Below are positions 1-10,406 of a stretch of DNA of 62,504 nt, in pieces. The notes below the pieces were generated by a model. It searched no databases. It was given only the letters and a program-made list of their open reading frames with translations, and had not been told where the DNA came from. The translations under genes and the position numbers were made by a program. Origin of the DNA: Gammaproteobacteria bacterium (GTDB lineage Bacteria; Pseudomonadota; Gammaproteobacteria; Natronospirales; JAJUFS01); the NCBI GenBank assembly GCA_029263725.1, contig JAJUFS010000003.1:1-62504 (forward strand), read 5' to 3'. The first letter of the stretch is position 1. Every line of letters begins with the position of its first letter.

Positions 1-372
1 CGCATCGCAAGGCGCCTTTCCGAACATCGCCCCGCCGGGCTTCCCCCGCTGGACGTCTGCCTGCAGGTGAACATCGACCGCGAGCCGCAGAAGGCCGGCG
101 TGCTGCCCGAGGACGTCGCAGCGCTGGCGCGCCTGGTCGCCAATCTTCCACGGCTCAGGTTGCGCGGCCTGATGGCGATTCCGCGCGCCGAACCTGCGGA
201 AAGCGCGCGTGATGCCTTCATGCGCCTAAGGGAAATCTTCGAAACGCTGCGCGGCGAGGGCCTGCCGATCGACACGCTTTCCATGGGAATGAGCGGCGAT
301 CTCGATGCCGCCGTCGCCGCGGGCAGCACCATGGTGAGGATAGGCACGGCCATCTTCGGGGAACGCGGCTAG
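1..372 (+). CDS. yggS: YggS-family pyridoxal-phosphate homeostasis protein, C-terminal part (5' end lies outside the window)
   Basis: Frame 1 is open from base 1. C-terminal motifs LSMGMSGDL and RIGTAIFG are typical of YggS/PROSC. Conserved synteny with proC-yggT-yggU. Confidence 0.85.
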   Translation, partial: RIARRLSEHRPAGLPPLDVCLQVNIDREPQKAGVLPEDVAALARLVANLPRLRLRGLMAIPRAEPAESARDAFMRLREIFETLRGEGLPIDTLSMGMSGDLDAAVAAGSTMVRIGTAIFGERG

Positions 373-429
373 CCCCATGCGCAGCCCGCGGAGTATGCTG
401 TTCGCCCACTCGAACCAACGCTTCTTCCC

Positions 430-1266
430 ATGACCATGGAAAACACCACGATTGCATTCATCGGCGGCGGCAACATGGCCCGCAGCCTCATCGGCGGCCT
501 GATCAGCGGCGGCCTGGAAGCGGAACGCATCTGGGTCGCGGATCCTTTCCCGGAAGCGCTGGAAGCGCTGCGCGACAACTTCGGCGTGCACGTCACCGCC
601 GACAACGCCGAGGCCGCCGCGCAGGCGGATGTCATCGTGCTGGCGGTCAAGCCGCAGGTCATGAAGAGCGCGCTGGTGTCGATCAGCAGCGCCGTGGAGA
701 ACAACAACCCGCTGATCATTTCCATCGCCGCCGGTGTGACCGTGCAGCTCATCAATCGCGCCTTCGGCGGCAACGCCGCAGTGGTTCGCAGCATGCCGAA
801 CACGCCGGCGCTGCTGCGCGCCGGCGCCACCGCGCTGTATGCCAACGACAAGGTCAGCGAGGCGCAGCGCGAGAAGGCCGAATCCATCCTGCGTTCCGTG
901 GGCATCGTGCGCTGGGTGGACGACGAGGCCGAACTGAACGCGGTCACCGCCGTTTCCGGCAGCGGCCCGGCGTATTTCTTCCTGCTGATGGAACTGCTGG
1001 AGAAGACCGGCCGCGAACTCGGCCTGCCCGCGGATACCGCGCGACTTCTCAGCCTGCAGACCGCCTACGGTGCCGCGCGCATGGCGCTGGAAAGCACCGA
1101 GGAACCCGCACGATTGCGCGAGCGCGTCACCTCGCCCGGCGGCACCACCGCCGCGGCGCTGGAATCGCTCGCGCAGAACGGATTCGCGGACGTGTTCGCC
1201 GCCGCCGTGCGCGCCGCCTGCGAACGCTCCGCCGAGCTGTCGCGCGAGATCGAGGTGCGCGATTGA
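430..1266 (+). CDS. proC: Pyrroline-5-carboxylate reductase
   Basis: N-terminal IAFIGGGNMA Rossmann motif and the C-terminal VTSPGGTT ProC signature. 278 aa. Confidence 0.9.
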   Translation: MTMENTTIAFIGGGNMARSLIGGLISGGLEAERIWVADPFPEALEALRDNFGVHVTADNAEAAAQADVIVLAVKPQVMKSALVSISSAVENNNPLIISIAAGVTVQLINRAFGGNAAVVRSMPNTPALLRAGATALYANDKVSEAQREKAESILRSVGIVRWVDDEAELNAVTAVSGSGPAYFFLLMELLEKTGRELGLPADTARLLSLQTAYGAARMALESTEEPARLRERVTSPGGTTAAALESLAQNGFADVFAAAVRAACERSAELSREIEVRD

Positions 1267-1820
1267 TGAACGGCAACTTCTCCGGCGCGCTGATCTTTCT
1301 CGTCAACACGCTGCTTGGCCTGTACGCGATGACGATACTGCTGCGCTTCCTGCTGCAGCTGGTGCGTGCCGACTTCTACAACCCGCTGTCGCAGTTCGTG
1401 GTGAAGGTCACCAATCCGCTGCTGCGGCCGCTGCGGCGGATCATCCCTGGCGCGATGGGCCTGGACCTCGCCGCCCTGCTGCTGTTCTACCTGGTGGCGT
1501 TGATCACGGTCGCGCTGCTGGCGCTGATCGCAGGCGCCACCCTGCCGGCGGCGTACCTGCTGTGGTTCGCGCTGCTGAAATGCATCGTGATCGCGATCCA
1601 GCTCTTCTTCTTCACCATCCTCATCCAGGTCATCCTGAGCTGGGTGGCGCAGGGCTGGCACCCGGTGGCGGGCGCACTGCACGCCGTCAACGAGCCCTTG
1701 CTGCGGCCGTTCCGCAGGCTGCTGCCGCCGCTCGGCGGCTTTGACCTGTCGCCGCTGTTCGCCATCATCCTGCTGCAGTTCCTGAGCTTCCTCATCCCGC
1801 TTCCGCCGCTGTTCCGCTGA
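1263..1820 (+). CDS. yggT: YggT-family integral membrane protein
   Basis: ATGA start/stop overlap with proC. Duplicated hydrophobic YGGT-like halves. Conserved position after proC. Confidence 0.85.
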   Translation: MMNGNFSGALIFLVNTLLGLYAMTILLRFLLQLVRADFYNPLSQFVVKVTNPLLRPLRRIIPGAMGLDLAALLLFYLVALITVALLALIAGATLPAAYLLWFALLKCIVIAIQLFFFTILIQVILSWVAQGWHPVAGALHAVNEPLLRPFRRLLPPLGGFDLSPLFAIILLQFLSFLIPLPPLFR

Positions 1821-2119
1821 TGTTCTATCACTGGCGAGACAACACGCTCGTGCTCAACGTGCAGGTGCAGCCGCGCGCGAGCCGCGACGAGATCGTCGGC
1901 GAGCACGGCGATGCGCTGCGCATCCGGATCACCGCGCCGCCGGTGGACGGCGCGGCGAACCAGCACCTCACGCGGCTGCTGGCGGAACAGTTCGGCGTGG
2001 GTCGCGATGACGTGCGCCTCGTTCATGGCAAGAGTGGGCGTCGCAAGACCTTTCACATCACCGCGCCTCGCCGGCTTCCCGCGGGCATTCGCAGCCCGCA
2101 GGAAAATTCGCGCGACTGA
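1820..2119 (+). CDS. yggU: DUF167 (YggU-like) protein
   Basis: Motifs VQPRASRDEIVG and APPVDGAAN typical of DUF167. One-base overlap with the yggT stop codon. Confidence 0.8.
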   Translation: MFYHWRDNTLVLNVQVQPRASRDEIVGEHGDALRIRITAPPVDGAANQHLTRLLAEQFGVGRDDVRLVHGKSGRRKTFHITAPRRLPAGIRSPQENSRD

Positions 2120-2226
2120 ATTCGACGAGATCGTACGAAAACACCGAAAAATACTGGACAACGTCGCAATCGGTTGTGCTATTTTTCGCGCGTCATTTTC
2201 ATTCTTTTTCCGGAAGGAGACGCTGA

Positions 2227-2586
2227 ATGGCCGCCAAGAAGAAGTCCGCTGCCAAGAAGAAGACCGCCGCCGCGAGCGCGGCTATGAAGCCGCCGACCAA
2301 GTCGGAAGTCATGGGCTTCATCGCCGAGGACACCGGCCTCACCAAGAAAGAGGTGAACGCCGTGTTCGAATCGCTGGGCAAGATGATCAAGAAGAACATT
2401 GGCAGCCGTGGTCCGGGGCTTTTCTCGGTGCCTGGTCTGATGAAGATCAAGGTCATCAAGAAGCCCGCCACCAAGGCTCGCAAGGGCATCAACCCGTTCA
2501 CCGGCGAGGAAACCGTCTTCAAGGCGAAGCCGGCACGCAAGGTCGTGAAGGTGCTGCCGCTGAAGGGCCTGAAGGACATGGTTTGA
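2227..2586 (+). CDS. HU/IHF-fold DNA-binding protein with a Lys/Ala-rich N-terminal extension
   Basis: The C-terminal 90 aa align by eye to HU (GINPFTGEE, FKAKPA, LKGLKD). The N-terminus MAAKKKSAAKKKTAAASAA is histone-H1-like. Confidence 0.8.
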   Translation: MAAKKKSAAKKKTAAASAAMKPPTKSEVMGFIAEDTGLTKKEVNAVFESLGKMIKKNIGSRGPGLFSVPGLMKIKVIKKPATKARKGINPFTGEETVFKAKPARKVVKVLPLKGLKDMV

Positions 2587-2605
2587 CCGGACCTTCGTCC
2601 GAACG

Positions 2606-2636
2606 AAAAACCGGGGCGCGAAGCCCCGGTTTTTTT
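2606..2636. terminator. Bidirectional rho-independent terminator
   Basis: AAAAA-CCGGGGC-GCGAA-GCCCCGG-TTTTTTT, located between the convergent HU-like and TerB-like genes. Confidence 0.7.
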
Positions 2637-2652
2637 GTGCCTGCCGATACCG

Positions 2653-3111
2653 TCAGCGCTGCGGCTGCTGCGCCATCAGCTTCTGCTGGATGAACCTGGC
2701 GTGCGGCACGTAGAGGAGGTCCGCGATCCGGCGCACGAGGTGCTCTTCCCAGCGGTCCACGCGGCCATCCGCGTAGATCACCTTCCAGAGCATGCCGACG
2801 ATGGAAGCGCGCTCGTCCTCGTCCAGGGCATCCACCAGCAGCCGCGTGAACTTCTGCAACGCGACCGCGTGATCCGCCTGCTCCTCGGCGCGTTTCACCA
2901 GCGCCGCCGACTCGTGTGGCGGCAGGCCGAAACGTTCCTGCACCAGCCGCTCGACCAGCTGCGTCTCCTGGTCGTGAGCTTCATGGTCGGCGCGCACCGC
3001 CTCGATAAGCAGCACGGCGCTCGCCAGGCGCACGTCATGCTCGAGATCGGCCTCGACCTGGACGGTGTCGCCCAGCGCGTTGCGCAGCAGGCCCTTGAGT
3101 CTTCCCAGCAT
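2653..3111 (-). CDS. TerB-family (tellurite-resistance TerB-like) protein
   Basis: 152-aa helical protein whose layout resembles the TerB/DjlA N-terminal domain. Start taken at the internal ATG (MLGRLKG), which overlaps the stop of the upstream gene (TGATG). Confidence 0.65.
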   Translation of the reverse strand: MLGRLKGLLRNALGDTVQVEADLEHDVRLASAVLLIEAVRADHEAHDQETQLVERLVQERFGLPPHESAALVKRAEEQADHAVALQKFTRLLVDALDEDERASIVGMLWKVIYADGRVDRWEEHLVRRIADLLYVPHARFIQQKLMAQQPQR

Positions 3112-3821
3112 CAGAAGCTGAATCCCAGGTTCGCGGTGTAGCGATCGGCGTCGCCGACGCGCTCGGCCTCGAAGGTGAGCTGCAGCAACAGCAGCGAAAC
3201 CTTCATGCCGGCGAACCAGCGCGTCGCGGTCAGCGATTCGTCGGCAAGGCCGGTGGCGGCGACGGGCTCGGCATCCATCCACAGCCTGCCGATGCCCGCG
3301 TAGGGCGTGAGCATGGCGAAGCCCTTGGAGATGGACAGGTCGACGCCGTTGGTCGCGTAATCGAACTGGTCGGCGCCCTCGATGCGCGTGGTGGCAAAGC
3401 GCAGGCCGACGGCAGGCGTGAGCACGCCGCCTTCATGCAGGGCGTAACGCAGCTGCGCGCCAAGCACGCGGAAGCCCTCGTTGGAGGTGGCAAGGTAGGC
3501 GCCGATATCGAAATTCAGCGGCAGGCCCTTGGTGACGGAAAGATGCGCGAGCGGCACCGAGGAGTCGCGGCTGCCGGAGGCAAGCTCCCAGGCGTCCCGA
3601 TGCTCGATGCCGGTCCACGTGGCGCCGGCGCTGACGTCGAAACCGATGATGCCGTAGGGCTCGGCGGGCTGCGCGGCCTTGTAGCTCGCGATCGCGCCGA
3701 GGTCGCGGGCGAGATCGCGGAACCCGGCCTGGTTCAGTGCATCGAGATTGTCGAGATCGCCGGCCTGGACCGGGGCCGCCAGCACGGCGGCGGCGAGGAA
3801 CATTCCCCTGATGGTTTTCAT
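3111..3821 (-). CDS. Putative outer-membrane beta-barrel protein (hypothetical)
   Basis: Signal peptide MKTIRGMFLAAAVLAAPVQA, alternating beta-strand pattern, and a C-terminal NLGFSF with terminal Phe. Confidence 0.6.
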   Translation of the reverse strand: MKTIRGMFLAAAVLAAPVQAGDLDNLDALNQAGFRDLARDLGAIASYKAAQPAEPYGIIGFDVSAGATWTGIEHRDAWELASGSRDSSVPLAHLSVTKGLPLNFDIGAYLATSNEGFRVLGAQLRYALHEGGVLTPAVGLRFATTRIEGADQFDYATNGVDLSISKGFAMLTPYAGIGRLWMDAEPVAATGLADESLTATRWFAGMKVSLLLLQLTFEAERVGDADRYTANLGFSF

Positions 3822-3840
3822 CCGTTTGCTTCCCTGATGG

Positions 3841-4482
3841 TCATTGATCGCGCGGCGCATTGTGCACGATGCGTTCGCGCAACGCGGTTAGATTACCGTG
3901 AAAGAAATGGCCGACGCCTTCGAACCATTCGAACTGCGGCTTCGGCTCGATGGAATTCGCCCAGTTCGCCACGCCCTGCGGATCGACGACTTCGTCCGCG
4001 CCGCCCTGCAGCAGCAGCCATGGGCACTCGGGGATGCGGATGCGCTCCAGCGGCATGCGCTCCACCGGAGGCGCAACGCTGACCAGCCACTTCACGGGAC
4101 GCTGCGAGGCGGCTTCGATGCTCACACCGGCGCCGAAGGAAAAGCCGCCGAGCCACAGCGCCGCCCGCGGCCAGCGCGCCCGCATCCAGTCAAGCGCGGC
4201 GAAGGCGTCCTCCAGTTCGCCGCGGCCGTGATCGAACTCGCCTTCACTCTTGCCCACGCCGCGGAAATTGAAGCGCAGTGCCGGCGCGCCAAGATCAAGG
4301 AAGCTGCGCGCCAGGGTGTGCGCCACCTTGTTCTTCATGGTGCCGCCGTGCAGCGGGTGCGGATGGCAGACCACCGCGACCGCACGCGGCTCGGTGACAT
4401 CCGCCGGGCGTTCCAGCAGGGCTTCCAGACGGCCCGCCGGACCCTCGATGAACAGCGTCTCGCTTGCAGGTGCCTGCGACAT
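3841..4482 (-). CDS. Alpha/beta hydrolase (COG2945-like)
   Basis: CHPHPLHGGTM motif and nucleophile elbow GFSFG. Start set at MSQAPASE (ATG at 4482). The rest of the 462-aa track ORF is an Arg/Ala-rich artefact. Confidence 0.8.
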   Translation of the reverse strand: MSQAPASETLFIEGPAGRLEALLERPADVTEPRAVAVVCHPHPLHGGTMKNKVAHTLARSFLDLGAPALRFNFRGVGKSEGEFDHGRGELEDAFAALDWMRARWPRAALWLGGFSFGAGVSIEAASQRPVKWLVSVAPPVERMPLERIRIPECPWLLLQGGADEVVDPQGVANWANSIEPKPQFEWFEGVGHFFHGNLTALRERIVHNAPRDQ

Positions 4483-4496
4483 CTCGTGCTCCTCGA

Positions 4497-4856
4497 TCAG
4501 TGCGGCATGGGCATGCGGTCGACGAGCCGGATCAGGCCGCGCACGTGACGGTAGAGCCACCACAGCCACACGCCGATGCCGAGCAGCCACGCCAGCGGAA
4601 TGCCGATGACGGTGATCGCAAGCAGGAAGGTGAGCACGGTCCAGCCCAGCGTCCACCAGAAAGTGCGGATCATCCAGTCGTGGTGGCTGCGCAGCGGCTC
4701 GTCGACGTCCGAGCGCAGCACATAGTTGAAGATGAGCGCGATGATGCTGGGCGCGCCCAGCACCGCGCCCAGAAGGTGAAGGATGTATGCGACGGTGATC
4801 CAGATGCGCTGCTCGGAGCCGTTCTGCTGCACACTTCCATAGGAGCTTTCCTGCAT
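4497..4856 (-). CDS. Small integral membrane protein (DUF4870-like)
   Basis: Three predicted TM helices rich in Trp/Leu. Start at MQESSYG. Confidence 0.6.
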   Translation of the reverse strand: MQESSYGSVQQNGSEQRIWITVAYILHLLGAVLGAPSIIALIFNYVLRSDVDEPLRSHHDWMIRTFWWTLGWTVLTFLLAITVIGIPLAWLLGIGVWLWWLYRHVRGLIRLVDRMPMPH

Positions 4857-4984
4857 GTCTTCTCCGCGATGGGCGTGGGGTCGGAATGGTTGGCAAAGCA
4901 TACCGGAAGGCATGGGCGCTTTCTTGGTTCATGCCCGCCGTTGTTCTAGACTCGGCTTGCCCTCCTTGAACCTGGAGTGACGCC

Positions 4985-5620
4985 ATGAAGCTCGAAATCG
5001 ACGGCATACGGCACGGCGGCGAAATCCCGGAACGCTTCGCCTTCGGCAAGCCCGACTCCGACACGCACGTCGCCTTCGCTGCCAATCGCAATCCCGGCTT
5101 GCGCTGGTCGGGCGTCCCGGAAGGCGCGCGCAGCCTGGTGCTGATCATGGTCGATACCGACGTGCCGACCCGTCCGGATGACGTCAACCGCGAGGGGCGC
5201 GAGGTGCCTGCCAGCCTGCCGCGCACCAACTTCTATCACTGGGTGATGGTCGATATTCCGCCATGGCTCACGGGGATCGAGGAAGGCGCCTGCTCGGACG
5301 GCGTCACGCCGCAGGGCAAGGACGATCCTCCCGGGCCGGAACAGGCGCGCCAGGGCCTGAACGACTACACCGGCTGGTTCACCGGCGACGAGGCGATGGA
5401 AGGCGAGTACTTCGGCTACGACGGTCCGTGCCCGCCGTGGAATGACAGCATTCCGCATCATTACCACTTCCGCCTGTACGCCACCGACCTGGAGCGCTGC
5501 CCGGTCGACGGCCCGTTCACCGGCAAGGACGTGGAACGCGCCATCGAAGGACACGTCATCGCCGAAACCGAGGTCACCGGCATCTACACGCTGAATCCGC
5601 GGCTGCGCGGTTCACTGTGA
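4985..5620 (+). CDS. YbhB/YbcL-family (PEBP, Raf-kinase-inhibitor-like) protein
   Basis: VDTDVP, YHWV and GYDGPCPP...HHYHFRLYA motifs characteristic of bacterial PEBP proteins. Confidence 0.85.
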   Translation: MKLEIDGIRHGGEIPERFAFGKPDSDTHVAFAANRNPGLRWSGVPEGARSLVLIMVDTDVPTRPDDVNREGREVPASLPRTNFYHWVMVDIPPWLTGIEEGACSDGVTPQGKDDPPGPEQARQGLNDYTGWFTGDEAMEGEYFGYDGPCPPWNDSIPHHYHFRLYATDLERCPVDGPFTGKDVERAIEGHVIAETEVTGIYTLNPRLRGSL

Positions 5621-6121
5621 CGAACGCAGCTCGCTCGCCGGCACGCTGAACTCGATGATCTCGGTGGTGCGCCGCGCGACGGGCTCGCCCGCATCGTTGT
5701 ACACGGGCGCATGCATGCGCCGGCTTGCCTCGGCGATGGCGCGCTCCTCGTAGACACCGCTCGGCGCCGCGCCGATCACGCGCACGTTGCTGACCGTGCC
5801 ATCCGGCTCAATGGTGTATTCCAGCTGCACGAAGCCCGTGATCTGCCGCTCCGACAGCGGCGGCGGTTGCGGCAGCTTCTCCTCGGGTTCCTCGTAGCGC
5901 TCGCGCTCGCGGCGGATCGCCTCGGCAAGATCGGGGCGTTCGCGCAGGTCGACGACATCGACCACGAAGGCGTTGGTGACGGCGTCATCACCACGGTCGT
6001 TGCGCTCATCGTAGTAGCGCAGTATCGCACCCAGCACGAACAGCACCGCGAAGGCCGCCACCACGCCGGCCAGCAGCATCCGCACCCAGAAAGTCTCGAA
6101 CAGTTTCATTGGCAATCCCAT
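5612..6121 (-). CDS. TonB C-terminal-domain protein (energy transducer TonB-like)
   Basis: N-terminal TM helix, a Pro/Glu-rich spacer (EEPEEKLPQPPPL), and a C-terminal TonB_C-like fold (GFVQLEYTIEPDGTVSNVRV). An alternative start at 6109 is possible. Confidence 0.65.
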   Translation of the reverse strand: MGLPMKLFETFWVRMLLAGVVAAFAVLFVLGAILRYYDERNDRGDDAVTNAFVVDVVDLRERPDLAEAIRRERERYEEPEEKLPQPPPLSERQITGFVQLEYTIEPDGTVSNVRVIGAAPSGVYEERAIAEASRRMHAPVYNDAGEPVARRTTEIIEFSVPASELRSSQ

Positions 6122-6168
6122 GGCGCGCCTGTGGTCTTTGATGACCGCCTGCCGCCCAAGTTCCTGTT

Positions 6169-7455
6169 TCAGGGAGCGCGGTAGACTACTCCGCCCTTCA
6201 TGACGAAATCGATCTCGCGCAGCAGCGAAATGTCTGCGAGCGGATCGCCCGCGACCGCAACAAGGTCCGCGTAACGCCCCGCCTGCACGCTGCCGAGATC
6301 ATCGCCGGCATCGAGCACTTCCGCCGCCACCGACGTGGCCGAGCGGATCGCCGCCATCGGCGTCATGCCGGCCTCGACCATGTACACGAACTCCTGCGCG
6401 TTTTCGCCGTGTGCCGACACGCCCGTGTCCGTGCCGAAGGCGATCTTCACCCCGGCGCGCAGCGCCCGCGCGAAGGTCTGCTGGATCAGCGGACCGATGG
6501 CCTCGGCCTTGGGCCGCACGATCTCGGGGAAGAAGCCGGGCAGTTTCGCCTTCTCCGCCACCCAGCGGCCCGCGGTGATGGTGGGCACGTAGTAGGTGCC
6601 GTGACGCTTCATCAGCCGCATCAGCTCATCGTCCATGTAGGTGCCGTGCTCGATGCTGCGCACCCCGCCGATGACCGCGCGGCGGATGCCCTCGGCGCCA
6701 TGTGCGTGCGCGGCGACATGGAAACCGTAGTCCTTCGCCGCGGCGACGATGGCCTCGACTTCCTCCAGGGTGAACTGCGGGTTCTGGGCGCTCTTCGCCA
6801 CGCTCAGCACGCCGCCGGTGGCAGTGATCTTGATGAGATCGGCGCCCTCCTTGTACCGCTGCCGCACCGCGCGATACGCATCGGCAACACCGTTGATCAC
6901 GCCTTCCTCCGGGCCGATCGGGAAGCGGTACAGCTCGGCGGTGTGGTTGGTCGGATCCGCATGCCCGCCCGTGGTGGCGATGGCGGTCGCGGCGGTGAAG
7001 ATGCGCGGGCCGTCCACGCTGCCGCGGGCGATGGCGTTGCGCAGCGACACGCTCAGGTTGTAGCTGTCGCCAAGGTCGCGCACCGTGGTGAAACCCGCCT
7101 GCAGGGTGCGACCGGCGTACACCACCATGTCGAAGGCGTAATCGCCGGGATTCCTGCGGAAGCCCTCCGAGTAGGTCTGCGGGCTTTGCTCGCTCACGAG
7201 ATGCGTGTGCAGGTCGATGAGACCGGGCAGCACGGTGTGTTCGCGAAGGTCAATGACCGTGTCGTTTTCGCCCGGCTCGACATAGCCCCGCTCGATGCGC
7301 GCGATGCGCTCGCCTTCGATCACGATCGTCACGCTGGCAGCCACGCGGTCGCTGACACCATCGATCAGCCGGCCGGCGTGCACCAGCGTGGCCGCGGTTG
7401 CGCAGGAAGCATGCAGGAACGCGATCGCGGCGAGGCCGCTGAGGACCTTCTTCAT
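6169..7455 (-). CDS. Secreted amidohydrolase-family metallo-hydrolase
   Basis: Signal peptide starting at [14 protein letters not shown], then DLHTHL metal-binding motif, HAHG, and C-terminal GTD...AD motifs. Confidence 0.85.
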   Translation of the reverse strand: MKKVLSGLAAIAFLHASCATAATLVHAGRLIDGVSDRVAASVTIVIEGERIARIERGYVEPGENDTVIDLREHTVLPGLIDLHTHLVSEQSPQTYSEGFRRNPGDYAFDMVVYAGRTLQAGFTTVRDLGDSYNLSVSLRNAIARGSVDGPRIFTAATAIATTGGHADPTNHTAELYRFPIGPEEGVINGVADAYRAVRQRYKEGADLIKITATGGVLSVAKSAQNPQFTLEEVEAIVAAAKDYGFHVAAHAHGAEGIRRAVIGGVRSIEHGTYMDDELMRLMKRHGTYYVPTITAGRWVAEKAKLPGFFPEIVRPKAEAIGPLIQQTFARALRAGVKIAFGTDTGVSAHGENAQEFVYMVEAGMTPMAAIRSATSVAAEVLDAGDDLGSVQAGRYADLVAVAGDPLADISLLREIDFVMKGGVVYRAP

Positions 7456-7457
7456 GT

Positions 7458-9179
7458 TCACCCCCGAAGGTTTTTTCTGTGATTCTTCTTCCGGCGCGGC
7501 AGCAGCGTGAGCAGCGCCGCAAGCCACAGTGCTTCACCGCCGCCGCCACCGCTTCCTCCTCCACCGTTGCCGGAGGCCTGGCTCGCGCGCACCGTCGCCA
7601 CGGCGCGGTTGTCGGCAGGCGCGGGATCCGCGGCCGCGGCATAGGCCGAGGCGATCATGTCGATGTCGCCGGGCTGGTCCGCGGTGTACTCGAAGGCGAA
7701 CTCGAACTCGCCTTCCGTGACCGCAGCGGCGCGGCATTCGACCACGTGGCGCGGCACCGAGCATTGCCAGCCGGAGGGCGGCGTAACGGCAATGAAACGC
7801 GCCCCGTCCGGCAGGTGGGCGGTCAGCAGCACGTCATCCGCCGCGCCCGCGGCGCCAAGGCGCACGTCCGCCGTGCCGCGCTCGCCGGTGGTGATTGCCG
7901 TGCCCGCCACGGAAAGTTCCACGGAAAGGTCCGCCCCGCCGCTTTCCTCGATACGTGGTCTCACCACGAACAGCCCCGAGTGGATGTCGCTCAGCACGAC
8001 AATGCCGCTGCCGGGAAACCTGTAATTGCTCCAGGTGCCGACGAAGTCCGCCACGTCCATCGGGTGGGTATCGAAGTACGCGGCCTCGACCGGGTGCAGC
8101 GGATCGAGCACGTCCAGCACGCGCAAGCCGGCCGCATAGTTCGTCTGCAGCAGCCAGCGGTCATGCACGTAATTGTTGTGATCGATGGCGAGCGCCGAGG
8201 AAAGGTATTCGGCGGCAAGCTGCGGCGCGCGCAGGCTGCTCACGTCGAGCACGCGCAGCCGGGTGCGGGTGCCGGTGCGCTGCTCGTCCAGCTCGTCGTT
8301 GAAGAAGAAGTAACGCGCGTCCGCGGACAGCCAGCCCTGGTGGACGTAGCCCGCGCCCGCATAGCCGGTGCGCGACAGCATCACCGGGTTCGCCGGATCG
8401 TTCACTTCCCAGATGGTGACGGTGTCCTCGTTGCTGGCGAAGCAGATCTCGTCGCCGAGGAACTCCGCATCCGGGCCGCCGTAGATCACGCATTGCACGT
8501 CGTGGGTGTAGCCGTCGCCGTCCACGTCGGCGAGGACCGCCGGCGCCAGCGGATCGCTGATGTCGAGGACATGCAGGCCGCCATCGTTCGTACTGCGCAC
8601 CGGCCCGTTGCCCACCGCGTAGGCGCGGGCGCTCTCTTCGTTGATGAAGATGTTGTGCGCATGACCGACGCCGCCGTAATGCGCATCCGCCTCGGCCCAG
8701 TGCTCGACCCCGGACACCGCAAGAAGCCGCGTGAGATCGAAGACCTGAACGCCGTGCCGCTCGCCTTCCGAAACGATGAAGGCGTAATTGCCGTAAACCT
8801 TGATGTCGCGCCAGGCGGATGCCTCGCCGCAGGCATCATCGTGACAGGATTTCGCGGAAACCTTCTCGACCGAGGCCTTGCCCTCGCTGTGCGCCAGCCG
8901 GCCGACCAGCTCCGGCGTGCCATCGGCGCCGAGGCGGACGAAGGCGGTGCCGTCAGACATCCCGACCAGCGCGTATTCCTCGCCGTTCGGCGCGGTCCAG
9001 CCCCAGATGTCGTTGAGGCGCTCGCCCGTGCTTCCGCCGAGCTGGGCGACGCTGAGGCGCCCGAGCAGATCGACCCGGTGGCAGGCGAACCCGGCCGCCT
9101 GGCCATTCACGCACTCGGCCGCGGCCTGCGCGCCCGGCAGCCAGGCCCATGCGGCGAGCAGGAGGAACAGCCTTTTCAT
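7458..9179 (-). CDS. Choice-of-anchor-B / LVIVD-repeat beta-propeller protein with GlyGly-CTERM-type tail
   Basis: Signal peptide. N-terminal [12 protein letters not shown]...LNDIWGWT motif typical of the choice-of-anchor B domain. C-terminus is [29 protein letters not shown] (Gly-rich, then TM, then basic). Confidence 0.75.
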   Translation of the reverse strand: MKRLFLLLAAWAWLPGAQAAAECVNGQAAGFACHRVDLLGRLSVAQLGGSTGERLNDIWGWTAPNGEEYALVGMSDGTAFVRLGADGTPELVGRLAHSEGKASVEKVSAKSCHDDACGEASAWRDIKVYGNYAFIVSEGERHGVQVFDLTRLLAVSGVEHWAEADAHYGGVGHAHNIFINEESARAYAVGNGPVRSTNDGGLHVLDISDPLAPAVLADVDGDGYTHDVQCVIYGGPDAEFLGDEICFASNEDTVTIWEVNDPANPVMLSRTGYAGAGYVHQGWLSADARYFFFNDELDEQRTGTRTRLRVLDVSSLRAPQLAAEYLSSALAIDHNNYVHDRWLLQTNYAAGLRVLDVLDPLHPVEAAYFDTHPMDVADFVGTWSNYRFPGSGIVVLSDIHSGLFVVRPRIEESGGADLSVELSVAGTAITTGERGTADVRLGAAGAADDVLLTAHLPDGARFIAVTPPSGWQCSVPRHVVECRAAAVTEGEFEFAFEYTADQPGDIDMIASAYAAAADPAPADNRAVATVRASQASGNGGGGSGGGGGEALWLAALLTLLPRRKKNHRKNLRG

Positions 9180-9586
9180 TCGCCGTCCTCCCGGTGCTGG
9201 AAGTGCAGCGAGGCGGAGTTCACGCAGAAGCGCAGACCGCCCTCGTCGGCGGGGCCATCGGGAAACACATGCCCGAGATGCGCATCGCAGGCCGCGCAGA
9301 GAATTTCCACGCGCCGCATGCCGTGGGAGAGGTCCTCGCGGGCATTGACGTGCCCGGGATCGATGGGCCGGGTGAAGCTGGGCCAGCCTGAGCCAGAGTC
9401 GTACTTGGCCTCGGAGTCGAAAAGTTCCGTGCCGCAGCAGGCACAGCGGTAGACACCCGGCTCATGGTGATCGTGATAGCGACCGGTGAAGGCCCGCTCG
9501 GTGCCGCCCTTGCGGGCCACGGCGAAGGTTTCCGGGTCGAGCAGCTCGCGCCACTCTTCTTCGGATTTTTCCACGCGCTTGATCAT
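9176..9586 (-). CDS. msrB: Peptide-methionine (R)-S-oxide reductase
   Basis: Two CxxC pairs (CACCG, CAACD), GWPSF, and the RFC catalytic-Cys motif. Start at MIKRVEK. ATGA-type overlap with the downstream gene. Confidence 0.9.
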   Translation of the reverse strand: MIKRVEKSEEEWRELLDPETFAVARKGGTERAFTGRYHDHHEPGVYRCACCGTELFDSEAKYDSGSGWPSFTRPIDPGHVNAREDLSHGMRRVEILCAACDAHLGHVFPDGPADEGGLRFCVNSASLHFQHREDGE

Positions 9587-9734
9587 TATCCGGCCCTCCC
9601 GGGACGCCTTGCCCGACTTTACACCAGGCCGCGCCTGCCATTCGGCAGCGCGGCGGTTTTCTGGTATTTTATGCCGCCTTTGCCGCCGCCGCTGATGCGG
9701 CCGCAACCTCTGCACCATTACGGAGAACTGACGG

Positions 9735-10355
9735 ATGAAGAAAGCAGCGCTGATCGCCGGCCTGGCGCTGGCCAGCCTCCTGGCAACGCCTGCCCTTGCC
9801 GCCGAAGGCGACGTGGAAGCGGGTCGCGCGAAGGCGGAAACCTGTCTGGGATGCCACGGCATTCCGAACTACACCAACGTCTATCCGACCTATCGCGTAC
9901 CCAAGCTCGGCGGGCAGCACGCCGACCAGATCTTTGCCGCGCTGCAGGCCTACCGCAGCGGCGAGCGCCAGCACCCGACCATGTCGGCGCAGGCGGCCTC
10001 AATGTCCGACGAGGACATGCGCGACGTCGCCGCGTACTTCGCCCAGGTCAAGCCCGGCAAGAAGGAGCCGCGCACCTACGGCGGTAACCCGCAGGCGGGA
10101 CAGGAGAAGACCCAGGTGTGCGCCACCTGCCACGGCGCCGATGGCAAGAGCCCGAACCCGGCCTTCCCGGTGCTCGCCGGCCAGTACGCCGACTACCTCG
10201 CGCACGCGCTGCGCGCCTACAAGCTGGGCGAGCGCACCAACCCGATCATGGCCGCGCAGGTCGCCACCCTGTCCGAGCAGGACATTCTCGATCTCGCTGC
10301 CTGGTTCGCCGCACAGGACGAGGGCCTCAACCTGCTCAGCACCGAAGCGCGCTGA
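9735..10355 (+). CDS. Dihaem cytochrome c4
   Basis: Signal peptide plus two CxxCH motifs (CLGCH, CATCH), each followed by a distal Met region. Confidence 0.85.
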   Translation: MKKAALIAGLALASLLATPALAAEGDVEAGRAKAETCLGCHGIPNYTNVYPTYRVPKLGGQHADQIFAALQAYRSGERQHPTMSAQAASMSDEDMRDVAAYFAQVKPGKKEPRTYGGNPQAGQEKTQVCATCHGADGKSPNPAFPVLAGQYADYLAHALRAYKLGERTNPIMAAQVATLSEQDILDLAAWFAAQDEGLNLLSTEAR

Positions 10356-10375
10356 ACGGTCACCGCCCCCGAATG

Positions 10376-10406
10376 AAAAAGCCCCGCGATGCGGGGCTTT
10401 TTGTTT
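10376..10406. terminator. Bidirectional rho-independent terminator
   Basis: AAAAA-GCCCCGC-GAT-GCGGGGC-TTTTT between convergent genes. Confidence 0.7.

Noticed and set aside
3841-5229. A 462-aa ORF suggesting a large fusion protein.
   Set aside because: Only the C-terminal 213 aa (from ATG at 4482) show hydrolase motifs. The upstream part overlaps the independently supported membrane-protein gene region and the PEBP gene on the other strand, and it is low-complexity.
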